Shown: in pieces, positions 51,527-61,444 of the stretch
Layout of the letters: each line of letters starts with the position of its first letter
Position numbering within the stretch: the first letter of the stretch is position 1
From: an uncultured Fibrobacterota bacterium
Lineage (GTDB): Bacteria > Fibrobacterota > Chitinivibrionia > Chitinivibrionales > FEN-1185
Length of the DNA: 64,000 bases
Assembly (NCBI GenBank): GCA_963729895.1
Contig: CAVSQB010000019.1
Span: 1-64,000 of the forward strand
Reading direction: 5' to 3'
The notes under the pieces: model-generated
The model's input: the letters and a program-made list of their open reading frames with translations, nothing else
What the model was told of the DNA's origin: nothing
The model's database searches: none
Position numbers and translations under genes: made by a program

Positions 51527-52813
51527 CTACCGTTTCCCGATCGTGACCGCCATCTCCTCAAGATGCCTGCGATACGCGGCAAAGTCTTTGATGGGCAGGG
51601 CGGCAACGCCGCTGTCCATGGCGGCCCGGGCCACCGCGATGCTCTCTTCGACGAGCACGCGGCCGTCAAGCGGCTTGGGAATAATATAGTCGGGGCCAAA
51701 AACCAGGGAGTCCACATTGTATGCGTCAAGTACGTCTCGAGGAACGCCGGGCTTTTTTGCGAGGTTCGCAAGCGCGTGCGTGGCAGCCGCCTTCATGGGC
51801 TCGTTGATCTCGCGCGCCCGAACGTCGAGCGCGCCGCGGAAAATAAACGGAAACCCGAGCACGTTGTTCACCTGGTTTGGAAAATCGGACCTGCCCGTTG
51901 CCATGATGCAATCCGGCCGAGCGGCGCGCGCCTCCTCGAACCCGATCTCCGGGTCGGGGTTTGCCATGGCAAAAATAACGGGCCGTGCGGCCATGGTTTT
52001 CACCATGGCGCCGGAGACGAGTCCACCCTGCGAAAGGCCCACAAACACATCCGCGCCCTGTAAAGCGTCGGCAAGGGTCCGCTTCCGGGTGTCAACGGCA
52101 AACGGCGCCTTGTATTTGTTCATTCCATCGGTTCGGCCTTTGTAAATGACGCCGGCCCTGTCGGTCATGATGATGTTTTCCATGCGCGCGCCGAGCCGCA
52201 CGTAGTGGCGCGCGCATGACAGGGCAGCCGCGCCTGCCCCCGAGAAAACGATGGTCAGGTCGCCCATCTCCTTGCCCACGAGCTCGGCGGCGTTGAGAAG
52301 GGCTGCCCCGGAGATAATTGCGGTGCCGTGCTGGTCGTCGTGAAAAACGGGAATCGCCATTTCCCGCTTGAGCGTTTCTTCTATGTAAAAACACTCGGGC
52401 GCCTTGATGTCTTCCAGGTTGATCCCGCCGAACGTGGGCTCCAGCGCCTTGACAATACGGATAAGTTCGTCGGCGTCTTTTGTGTCGAGTTCAAGGTCGA
52501 ACACGTCGATATCGGCAAACCGTTTGAAGAGAATGCCCTTGCCTTCCATAACCGGTTTTCCGGCCATGGGGCCGATGTCGCCCAGTCCCAGCACCGCCGT
52601 GCCGTCGGTCACCACGGCCACCAGGTTGCCGCGAGCCGTGTATCGGTACACATCGTCCGGATGCGCCTCGATTTCCCTGCACGCATCCGCCACACCGGGC
52701 GTGTATGCGAGGGAAAGATCTTTCTGGGTCTTGCATGGCTTGCTTGGAATAACCTCGATTTTGCCTTTCCTGCCCTGAGAATGGTAATCGAGGGATTCCT
52801 GTTTTGTGATCAT
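51527..52813 (-). CDS. NAD(P)-dependent malic enzyme (MaeB-like, no PTA domain)
   Basis: [49 protein letters not shown]. Confidence 0.95.
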   Translation of the reverse strand: MITKQESLDYHSQGRKGKIEVIPSKPCKTQKDLSLAYTPGVADACREIEAHPDDVYRYTARGNLVAVVTDGTAVLGLGDIGPMAGKPVMEGKGILFKRFADIDVFDLELDTKDADELIRIVKALEPTFGGINLEDIKAPECFYIEETLKREMAIPVFHDDQHGTAIISGAALLNAAELVGKEMGDLTIVFSGAGAAALSCARHYVRLGARMENIIMTDRAGVIYKGRTDGMNKYKAPFAVDTRKRTLADALQGADVFVGLSQGGLVSGAMVKTMAARPVIFAMANPDPEIGFEEARAARPDCIMATGRSDFPNQVNNVLGFPFIFRGALDVRAREINEPMKAAATHALANLAKKPGVPRDVLDAYNVDSLVFGPDYIIPKPLDGRVLVEESIAVARAAMDSGVAALPIKDFAAYRRHLEEMAVTIGKR

Positions 52814-53594
52814 GGATTCCGGTTCCTTGTTCTTGATGCAGCCAGCGATGATCTTCCTTCCGAAAATTATAAATGGTAAAATAGATGACGACGGGTTGGG
52901 CTGCAATCGGCTCAGAACGAAGCCAGGCAACGAGGAAGCTCGGGTAATTCCGCGCTGTCCATTTTCCACCACAGGAGTTTCCTTCTCACATAATTCATTA
53001 CGGAACAAGTGTGTATAGGGGGAATTGGAACAATTTGGATCTTTGCTGGGGTTCACGCCACCCACATTTTTATGGTGAAAATCCTCGCAACCGCTTGATG
53101 AACATGGATGGCATGCTTTTTGAGGAGATAAAGAGAGTGTAGAAATGCGGCGTGCGGTTTTACGCACCGTAATGTTTGTTGATATAAGGGAAGTAAGGTT
53201 CCTGGAACAAATGACGGAAATAAGGAAAAGACGGTAGCCCGGAAAGAGGTGCAACCCAATCCAGTCCTCGCCTTTTATCGGCGCCGTCTTTTTTCTTTAG
53301 GGAGAGAGGAAACACTTCTCTCCCTTTTTTATGGGGTCGGGGTACCGCAAACAAAAGGGGAGTTGTAAACGATTGCTTCGATTGGGATTAGGATACCGTT
53401 CAATCAACGCCGCATGTCCATGGGGTGGATAGGCCTCATCGGATCAATGGAGCTTGACCGCGGCTGTTGAATGTAATAATGTGATATCAAAAGAAATGTA
53501 TTCTTGGGTATATTATTTGTTGGTGTGCTATGGTGACGCACTGGTTATTTTCCAGATGTCCAAGGCAATTTGTGGTACGTAAGGAAGGCGGATC

Positions 53595-54008
53595 ATGAAC
53601 AGAATCGGATACATTTTGCAGATCGTTGTAGTTTGCCTGCTGCCCGTGTCCGCCCAGTCGCCCAATTCCGGAGCCGCAAAAGACCCGAACCAGAAACAAC
53701 ATGCCGCCGCGGCAATTTTCGATGAGATCATGCAGACCCTTCCTGCAGACATGAAGGCCAAAGTGGACTCGGCATCCGTGACGGTAAAGGATGACTCGAA
53801 ATCGTCCGGAAGAAACGGCCCGGGAGCTGAGGCTGCGCATTCGTCAAGGTTGGGACCGCAGGGCGGCGACAGGGACGCCGCAGTCCAGCAGCTTCCCCAG
53901 GACGTGCGCGCAAAGGTCGAAAAGGCGATTTCCGACATAGATCTCATGAACCAGGACAGGCAGATTCAATTTAAGGACTACGAGAAAAATCACCAAGGCG
54001 GCAAGTAG
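53595..54008 (+). CDS. Hypothetical secreted protein
   Basis: Signal peptide; two copies of LP.D(M/V).AKV; RBS AAGGAAGG. Confidence 0.75.
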   Translation: MNRIGYILQIVVVCLLPVSAQSPNSGAAKDPNQKQHAAAAIFDEIMQTLPADMKAKVDSASVTVKDDSKSSGRNGPGAEAAHSSRLGPQGGDRDAAVQQLPQDVRAKVEKAISDIDLMNQDRQIQFKDYEKNHQGGK

Positions 54009-54079
54009 CGCGTCTCCTGCCCGGTGAATTTGAGCCTGCAGCATATTCCCATCCACCTATCTCGGTAAGGATTGGACCG

Positions 54080-54796
54080 ATGACAAGGGTGTTTTTCGGG
54101 GGATTTTTTTTTATATTGTTCGGCGCTGCCGCATTATTTGCAGACACGACCCTTGTCGACAACCAACTCAACTATAGCGTGTATCTTCCCGCCAATTGGG
54201 TTCGAGAAGTTGAAAGTGATTCGCAGCACATCTTCGTGGACACCACCTATTTCTATCCTGCCGAATTGTCTCTTAACCGCTACCTAATCGATTCGACATT
54301 GTATAAGACCGCGGACGAATGGACACAGGCGCATTTTCTGGGCTACAAGCTGAGTGTCCAATATTCGGTGGATCCGGCCGGCGTCGTACTCTATTCCAAT
54401 TCCGACTCTTCTGTGAAGCAGGGGTCCCTGCAGGCGGCCGAGGCCTATTCGATCTTCTTTTCGTCGGACACAAGTATCGGCTCGTGGGCCGAATATGTCC
54501 GGTTTACAGCCTGCGGCCGATACGGATACGAATTGTACGCCATCTCCGATACCGCGGACATGTCCAAGGACATCGGCCTGTACGCGGCGATCCTGCAAAG
54601 CATCACGATTGCTCCGGGCGACCACGTTGTTTTGCAGCCCGCGTTCCGGCGAAGCGTGAGCGCGGCAGGGAAAGCGCTCAGGCCCTCTGTGTGCGATCCT
54701 CTGGGACGTACTACCGGCATGCCGGGAGCCTCACCTGGTCGTGCAGCCGGCATGTACATCTGGAGAAACGGTGTGAAAAATCCTTTCCTGCGCTGA
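54080..54796 (+). CDS. Hypothetical secreted protein (PsbP-like core, C-terminal DPLGR tail)
   Basis: Signal peptide; YSVYLPANW motif; basic C-terminal tail. Confidence 0.7.
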   Translation: MTRVFFGGFFFILFGAAALFADTTLVDNQLNYSVYLPANWVREVESDSQHIFVDTTYFYPAELSLNRYLIDSTLYKTADEWTQAHFLGYKLSVQYSVDPAGVVLYSNSDSSVKQGSLQAAEAYSIFFSSDTSIGSWAEYVRFTACGRYGYELYAISDTADMSKDIGLYAAILQSITIAPGDHVVLQPAFRRSVSAAGKALRPSVCDPLGRTTGMPGASPGRAAGMYIWRNGVKNPFLR

Positions 54797-54970
54797 CGGT
54801 CCGGAGCGTTCGAGGTTTGCGCGCCGACTGCTCATGCTGGTACTCCGCTAACGCAGGAGGGCAATCGAGAATCCCTTCATGAAGAGCACTTCGACGGCGC
54901 TCGGTGCGGGTCGGTCCGTCGATTCATGGACGCGTACCCGTCAACAAGCTCAAAGCGAGCGGAATCAATC

Positions 54971-56683
54971 ATGATAAATGGCAGGAGTAACAGGCGCTCA
55001 TGCATAATGCCTGCCTATGCGCCCCTGGTTTTCGTGCTCGTGTTTTTCACGGCTGCGCCCGTGCACGCCGGGCAGGATACAATGTCTGTGGCATTCTGCT
55101 GCACAAGCGGTTTGCAGCAAATCGACAAAGGAAAATTCGACGAGGCCCTGTACTATTTCGGCAGGGCGTTTTCCGCGGGAATGTCGAAGGACAGTTTGTG
55201 CTTCTTCTGCGCCGAAGTCTATTTCGCCAAGGGCGCGCTCGACACCGCCCTGGGATTCAACTTCGGCATCAAGGCGGCGCGAAACAGGCGCCTCGCCGTG
55301 CAACAGCTCAAACAGCGGGCGCGCATCTATTCCGCGCTGGGCTGGAAAAAGGACGCGGACGCGGTGGCCGACTCGCTGCTTTACTTCCGGCCCTACGGGC
55401 CGCATTTGTTTGTACCTGATGTCAATGCAAGCGCAGGGCTGGATTATACGAATCGACGCGAACAGCAGCAGCCGTCATTTCCCTACCAGGGGCCGCGTGC
55501 GGACACCGGGTATAAGGGGCCGGGGTACAGCGGCGGCCTGAGGCTGGGCTGGGACGTCCCGGCCGGGAGGAGCTTTCTTGTCAAGGCAGGGGTGAGCGGG
55601 GAAGAAACAAGCAAGTATTACCGGTCATCCAATTCCGCGGATTCGGTGAATGTTTCCATGGGCCTTTTTGCCGGACTGGAATACGTTCCCAGCGGTTTGA
55701 CCCTCGACTACGGCATTACCCGCGTCATCGATTACCTGGGCGAATACTTTACCCAGAACAGCATCGGGCTTTCGCTTTCGAAGACCGGGAAACGGTGGCT
55801 AACATATTTGTCAAGCGGCTATGAGCAGGAACTTGAGGCCCGGGAAACGATCCATAGCCAGACCTGCTGGCTGCTGGGGTATTTCGACCAGTCGGCCGTT
55901 TCGGGCAGGGGATTTTCCGTTTTTGTCCGAGGCTCGGGATATTTTGCCGGACCGCTGGTCTCAACCGAGACGTTCAAGGTGATGTACGTGGCCGATGTCA
56001 GCCAGCATCCGGTGCAGCACTATTATGTGAATACCCAAACGCAAATGCCGACGTCCGACACCATCGGCATCGGGCCCGTGCCGTATCTTTTGCCGGCCAT
56101 CTATGAGAACAACACCGTGCGCAGGTCCGCGTCGACGTTGTTTTCGATCCCGGAAAACAGCATGTTTACCCAGAACCAGTTGTCGATTGCTCCGCTTGTG
56201 TCATACAAACAACCGCTCCCGTTCGGGATGTCCGCGATCATTGGAGCAGGGCTGACTGCCGATTACTACCTGGACCTTTACCGCTGGGCTTCTTTCAATA
56301 TAAGTAAGAGTGAGCAAGACACCTCTCCGATCAGTGATACGGCGAACTATCTTGCCTACAACGCCGCTGACGGCAAGTACTATTGGGTGAAGGACCTGGC
56401 CAATATCTCCGGCAACGAACAGTATGACGGCCCCGTTGCAGTTTCCCAACACGAAAAACGAAGGGTCGATGCCGAGGTGTCGCTATTCGTGTCGCTCACG
56501 AGGCCCGCAGGGGAGCTCGGGACATTTACCCTTCGCGCCGACATTGCCAAGAATTACTCGACGCTTCGGAGCGAAAAATTTCTGTTCTGGCAGGTGTCGA
56601 ACACCGATGCGCCGTTCTCCATCCCCAACTGGTCGTGGGGCTTGTCGCTGACGTGGAATTTTGCCTGGCACCGCCAAGGATAG
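54971..56683 (+). CDS. Exported protein with N-terminal TPR and a probable outer-membrane beta-barrel
   Basis: Signal ending PVHA; TPR-like segment; amphipathic strands ending WGLSLTWNFAW; start uncertain (54926/54971/55007). Confidence 0.7.
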   Translation: MINGRSNRRSCIMPAYAPLVFVLVFFTAAPVHAGQDTMSVAFCCTSGLQQIDKGKFDEALYYFGRAFSAGMSKDSLCFFCAEVYFAKGALDTALGFNFGIKAARNRRLAVQQLKQRARIYSALGWKKDADAVADSLLYFRPYGPHLFVPDVNASAGLDYTNRREQQQPSFPYQGPRADTGYKGPGYSGGLRLGWDVPAGRSFLVKAGVSGEETSKYYRSSNSADSVNVSMGLFAGLEYVPSGLTLDYGITRVIDYLGEYFTQNSIGLSLSKTGKRWLTYLSSGYEQELEARETIHSQTCWLLGYFDQSAVSGRGFSVFVRGSGYFAGPLVSTETFKVMYVADVSQHPVQHYYVNTQTQMPTSDTIGIGPVPYLLPAIYENNTVRRSASTLFSIPENSMFTQNQLSIAPLVSYKQPLPFGMSAIIGAGLTADYYLDLYRWASFNISKSEQDTSPISDTANYLAYNAADGKYYWVKDLANISGNEQYDGPVAVSQHEKRRVDAEVSLFVSLTRPAGELGTFTLRADIAKNYSTLRSEKFLFWQVSNTDAPFSIPNWSWGLSLTWNFAWHRQG

Positions 56684-56740
56684 TGCGTCGCGGCGAAACA
56701 TTGTATATTAATTTACAAGAGTATAACACAAAGGCGCCCG

Positions 56741-57409
56741 ATGATACGCATGCATGCGGCCGGAGCGGCGGCGGTTTTTTTGATGATCGCCGTGTCCGGA
56801 TGCAGAAACAGGAATATCGAAAACGGCGGCATCTGCCTGCGGCTTGGCGATTATCCGTCGGCAATCGCGTTCTATTCCGATGAGGTAAGGCGTCACCCGG
56901 ACAGTTACGAGGCGCGTCTGGGCCTCGGCAAGGCACTTCTTCAGAAGGCATGGGACGCCGACACGTCGGCATGGAAAAGTGCACTTATCCAGCTCGAGGC
57001 TGCGCACACCCTTTCGCCCCGGGACGACATCAAGGGACTGCTTGGCGACGTGTACCTCCAGCGGGCGCACCAGCTGCTTGCCGTAAGGGATTCGGTTTCG
57101 GCGCTGGAGGCGCTGTCGCGCGCCATCGAATGCGACAACCGGGCCGTTGAGCCCCTCAATCTTGCGGGTATCATCTACTTCCGGATGGGCGAAGAAGACA
57201 AATCGGAAATGCTTTTCAAGAAGGCCGTGGGCATCGACAGCGCCAGCTCGTCGGCGCGGTTCAACCTCGGCATGGTGTTCTGGCAGAGCGGCAGGTACGA
57301 GGATGCGCATGCACAGTGGCTCGCGGCGCTCGCGGCCTCGCCCGGCGACAAAGACATGCTGTACTGGTTCGCGCTTGCCGAAAAGAAACTCCGGGAAACG
57401 GCCCCATGA
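56741..57409 (+). CDS. TPR lipoprotein
   Basis: Lipobox VSGC; TPRs (EARLGLGKAL, NLAGIIYF, ARFNLGMVF). Confidence 0.85.
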   Translation: MIRMHAAGAAAVFLMIAVSGCRNRNIENGGICLRLGDYPSAIAFYSDEVRRHPDSYEARLGLGKALLQKAWDADTSAWKSALIQLEAAHTLSPRDDIKGLLGDVYLQRAHQLLAVRDSVSALEALSRAIECDNRAVEPLNLAGIIYFRMGEEDKSEMLFKKAVGIDSASSSARFNLGMVFWQSGRYEDAHAQWLAALAASPGDKDMLYWFALAEKKLRETAP

Positions 57410-58797
57410 TTCCCAGGCTTCCCAAAGGATTTTCGCACCCCATGCGCGTTGGGGAGGGCGCATTCGCGTCTGTCTACCGTGTGCGCCAGACCGCGCTCGA
57501 CCGGTGGGTCGCCATCAAGGTGCTGCACGAGAAAGACCCCGCCAAGAAGCGCGACATCGTGAAGGAGGCCACCACGCAGGCGCGCATCCAGGCCGACTGC
57601 ATCCCGCAGGTGTTCCACGTGCTCGAATGGCGCTCGCAGGTGTGCATCGTGATGGAATGGATCAAGGGCGTGTCGCTGTCCTCGCTCGTTGCGCACTTTC
57701 CGTCCCCCGAGGAGCGGCTGTGGCTTGCCGATCACGTGATCCGTTCGCTTGCCGCGCTGCACACGCTCGGGTTCGCGCACCGCGACCTCAAGCCGGAGAA
57801 CATCCTTATCTCGCCGGACAAGGGAATGATGCTCGTGGATTTCGGGTTCACCAAGAACGTTGTTGACGGGCAGCAATCGGTGTCCGGCGTTGTGAAGGGG
57901 ACGCCCGCGTACATGGCGCCGGAACTGTGGTCGGGAAGGCAGGGCATAGACCCCATGCGCTGCGACGTGTTTGCCGCGGGCAGGATCATGCACGACATTC
58001 TCCCCGGCGACACCTTTGCCCATTTTACGGCCGGATGCACCAGCGAGGATCCCTCGAGCCGCCCCGCCTCCGGCGCGGAGATGCTTGCGTTATGGCAACG
58101 CATCGCTCCCCATATCACCCAGCCCGATTGGCGGCGGCTTGCGCGTTCGCTGTCGTCGGAACAGCTTTCCGCAAAACTCACGGGCGCGGCGCGGCTTCTT
58201 CTGCACGAGGGCCGGCAGGACGAGGCGTACTGGCTTCTCGTCGAGAGCATCGAGGAAAACCCGAAGAACGTCGAATCCGTGAGCCTCATGAATTCGTTTC
58301 CCAAATATGTGCAACGCAGGCGGGTCCGGCGCAGGATAACCTATGCCGGCGTTGCCGCCGGATGCGCCTGCCTGCTGTTGTTCGCGTTTGTCATTGGGCG
58401 CCGCAGCAGGGACTGGAACCCGGGCGGGGCTTTGTCCGCGGCGCGCATCCCGTTTCAGAACGACCGGTCCGCCCGGCTTTCCTGGATGCCGAGGACCAGA
58501 AGCGCCGGCGTCGGGACCGTGCCGTTCCGGTGCGACTCGGCGTCGGCCGGCCGTTTGTCCGGCACGCTTCTTGTGGAGGCCGGACCGGCTTTCGGCACGC
58601 TGAGCATCAACGGGTCAACGCTGGACCTCAGTACCGGGTATCGCGCAGGCATCACCCTTGCGCCCGGGAAACACACCCTGGCCTGGGTCGACGCCGCCGG
58701 CCGCGTCCCATGGCGGGGAAAAATTACCCTACTGCCTTTTGAGACGAAAATCGTTTCCATTGCCGTAGCGAGCGCACAGAAACCGAGAGGACCATGA
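57406..58797 (+). CDS. Membrane-anchored Hanks-type Ser/Thr protein kinase
   Basis: GEGAFASV, VAIK, HRDLKPEN, DFG, GTPAYMAPE, DVFAAG; TM helix; C-terminal PEGA-like beta domain. Confidence 0.93.
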   Translation: MIPRLPKGFSHPMRVGEGAFASVYRVRQTALDRWVAIKVLHEKDPAKKRDIVKEATTQARIQADCIPQVFHVLEWRSQVCIVMEWIKGVSLSSLVAHFPSPEERLWLADHVIRSLAALHTLGFAHRDLKPENILISPDKGMMLVDFGFTKNVVDGQQSVSGVVKGTPAYMAPELWSGRQGIDPMRCDVFAAGRIMHDILPGDTFAHFTAGCTSEDPSSRPASGAEMLALWQRIAPHITQPDWRRLARSLSSEQLSAKLTGAARLLLHEGRQDEAYWLLVESIEENPKNVESVSLMNSFPKYVQRRRVRRRITYAGVAAGCACLLLFAFVIGRRSRDWNPGGALSAARIPFQNDRSARLSWMPRTRSAGVGTVPFRCDSASAGRLSGTLLVEAGPAFGTLSINGSTLDLSTGYRAGITLAPGKHTLAWVDAAGRVPWRGKITLLPFETKIVSIAVASAQKPRGP

Positions 58798-60602
58798 CAA
58801 CGCAATCAATGCCGCGCTTTATTGAGACGGAAAGCGGCGTCGAACATGAGTTGAACGGAAGGATCGTGACCGTCGGCTCGTCGGCGTCCTGCCAGATATG
58901 CATCCGGGACAAGGGGCTGCCGGAGATTGCCGCGCATCTGCTGTTTGCGGGCGGCCGCTACAGGCTTTCCTCGTTGTCCTCTGATGTCAAGGTACTGGTG
59001 AACGGGAAGCCCGTGCCGGCCGGCTGCACGCTCGATAACGGCGACGGCGTGACCGTGGGCAGAATGCAGTTCGTGTACCGGGAAAACGCGGCGCCCGCCG
59101 CAGCCGGGAAAACGGCGCTGTCGGCGGTGCCGCTTTCGGACCTGGTATCGGCAGTCGTTTCGCTTTTGCGCAACAAAGAAGAGGACGTGGCGTCGGACCT
59201 TGTCGTGAGCGTCTCGCGGCTTGTCGGGTGCGACGCGGCGCGGCTGGTGGGAGAAGACGCGGAGACAGGGGAGCGGAGGACCGTTGCGCGGTATCCAGTG
59301 GAGAGCGGCCTCGACCGGTTTTCGAACCGCGCGATAGACTTTGCAAAGAACGCCTCGCAGACGGTGCTTGTCAACGACACCGACTGGAAGGACACGGTTG
59401 ATCCCAAGAGTTCACTTGAGCGGAACCTCATCGCGTCGGTGCTGTGCTCGCCGCTTTCCGACTGCGGAAGAGTCCTGGGCTACCTGTATCTTGACAGACT
59501 CCAGACCAGCCGCCCCTTTTCCGAGGAGGACCGGCACCTGTGCGACAGCCTTATGCCGCTGTTTTCGGAACTGCTGGCGAACAACGAGCAGCGCCGCCGC
59601 CAGGCCGAGACCATTGCGCGTTTGCAGGCCTCCACGTTCGAGACCTCGGGCGGCATGATTTACGAAAGCGACATCATGGGAAAAACGGTGGCGCTTGCCG
59701 CAAAGCTTGCAGCCACGGATTCGCCGGTCCTCATCTACGGGGAAACCGGGACCGGCAAGGAGCTCATGGCGCGCTTTATCCACGAACGGTCGCGAAGAAA
59801 CGGCAAACCCCTCAAGGCGATAAACTGCGGCGCCATCCCGGAAAACCTGATCGAAAGCGAGCTGTTCGGCCACGAAAAGGGGTCGTTTACAGGCGCGACT
59901 CAGCGCACGATCGGCCTGTTTGAGGCCGCCACCGGCGGCACCGTGTTCCTGGACGAGATCGGCGAGCTCCCGCTGTCACTTCAGGTAAAGTTGCTGCGCG
60001 TGCTGCAGGACTCGGAGATCGTCCGCGTGGGCGGCACCGAAAATATCAAGACCGATGTGCGCATCGTAGCGGCCAGCAACAAGAAACTGGAAGACGAGGT
60101 TGCGCAGAACCGGTTCAGGCAGGACCTGTTCTTCCGGCTCAACGTGCTCACCATCGGCCTGCCGCCGCTGCGCGAGCGCGGCCGTGACGCGATTCTCCTG
60201 TCCGAATTTTTTGTCAAGAAATACTGCGTGCAGTTCGGGCTTTCGCAGAAGACCATGCAGGCGTCGGCCCAAAACGCGCTTCTTACGCACAACTGGCCGG
60301 GCAACATCCGCGAACTGGAGAATGTGGTGCAAAAGGCCATTCTCCTGTCCTCCGACAGTCGCATAAGCAAAGAGCATATCCAGATCACCGCGTCGTCGAT
60401 GCTGCAGAGCGCGGGCGCACTCCCCGCAAAGGGCACGCTCAAGGAGGCGCGCAGCGCCGCCGAGAAGGAAATTATATCGCAGACGCTCGCCCGGACAAAG
60501 GGGAATGTGAGCCTGGCTTCCAAGCTGCTCGATATCGACAGAAAGTGGTTGATGAAGCTGATGGAGGAGCTTGGAGTAGACGCCAATGAGTACAGGTCGT
60601 AG
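58794..60602 (+). CDS. Sigma54-dependent activator, FHA-like/GAF/AAA+/Fis-HTH
   Basis: GETGTGKEL, ESELFGHEKGSFTGA, FLDEIGE, FRQDLFFRL, WPGNIREL; N-terminal FHA-like and GAF (GYLYLD) domains. Confidence 0.95.
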   Translation: MTTQSMPRFIETESGVEHELNGRIVTVGSSASCQICIRDKGLPEIAAHLLFAGGRYRLSSLSSDVKVLVNGKPVPAGCTLDNGDGVTVGRMQFVYRENAAPAAAGKTALSAVPLSDLVSAVVSLLRNKEEDVASDLVVSVSRLVGCDAARLVGEDAETGERRTVARYPVESGLDRFSNRAIDFAKNASQTVLVNDTDWKDTVDPKSSLERNLIASVLCSPLSDCGRVLGYLYLDRLQTSRPFSEEDRHLCDSLMPLFSELLANNEQRRRQAETIARLQASTFETSGGMIYESDIMGKTVALAAKLAATDSPVLIYGETGTGKELMARFIHERSRRNGKPLKAINCGAIPENLIESELFGHEKGSFTGATQRTIGLFEAATGGTVFLDEIGELPLSLQVKLLRVLQDSEIVRVGGTENIKTDVRIVAASNKKLEDEVAQNRFRQDLFFRLNVLTIGLPPLRERGRDAILLSEFFVKKYCVQFGLSQKTMQASAQNALLTHNWPGNIRELENVVQKAILLSSDSRISKEHIQITASSMLQSAGALPAKGTLKEARSAAEKEIISQTLARTKGNVSLASKLLDIDRKWLMKLMEELGVDANEYRS

Positions 60603-60914
60603 GCACAGAGACTTGCGGTGAAAGGTTCGACGCATTACGTGGGGAAACCGTCTCGGTTTCCCCTGGCCCCCGGCTTCCGTCGCGCGGGTGCCCTGTCTGA
60701 CCAAAAATGACAAAGTGTGCCACTATCGTCCTCGATAGTGCTCTTGACCGTTGCTTAGAACTCAATTCTCAGCTATTCCACAAGTCAAGAATCCTCCACC
60801 TTACACAATCCCAATGGTCTGGGCACCCGTGCACTGTACAGGTGACGGTTTGATTCGCTTTGGATGCGTTGGCACATAGGTGAAGTTGACAATTATGGAA
60901 TTGTTCTTCTGCCA

Positions 60915-61178
60915 GGCGTTAGGGGCGACCGGATGCCGCGCAAAAGCGCGGTGCCGCCCGGACACGCCGCTGATTGTCGAGTGCCGCTCCCCTCGATACA
61001 TCCCCGTCTCGATACATCCACAGAGTGGATTACTCGACGATCAGCGGGACACTCGGGGAGCGGCGTATCGAGACTCAGCGGCTTAGGGCCGTGGCGGCCC
61101 GAGGCCGAAGGCCGAGACAGGAGGGAGAACCGACCCGAGCCTGAGCGCCTGCGACGGCGAGGGGAACGCCCAAATTCT
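60915..61178 (+). ncRNA. Structured non-coding element, copy C (extended)
   Basis: GGCGTTAGG...CGAGGCCGAAGGCCGAG...GGGAGAACCGACCC...GGGGAACGCCCAAATTCT; last 18 nt identical to copy A. Confidence 0.6.
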
Positions 61179-61444
61179 CATTTTTATATGGGCAAACAAG
61201 AATCGTACTATTTAGCAAACGATGCAGTCGCACGGGTGGAACCTGGATCATAGATCCACCAGAGGGGAAATTATTTTCTTTTAAGGCACACGATAGGGCC
61301 ACCCGTCCGACGTGGACGAAGAATGTGACGGGCGTCACGACGGGCACGGGACACGACGAAACAACCGAATAGTACTCACTTCTTGGAAAATTTATATATT
61401 ATACCTTGGATAAGCCGGAAACCATCTCATAAAAAGGGGGAGTC

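Noticed and set aside
60870..60890. TGGCAC as a sigma54 -24 box near the activator (also on the minus strand near 60720 and at 15580)
   Set aside because: No TTGC -12 element at the required spacing.
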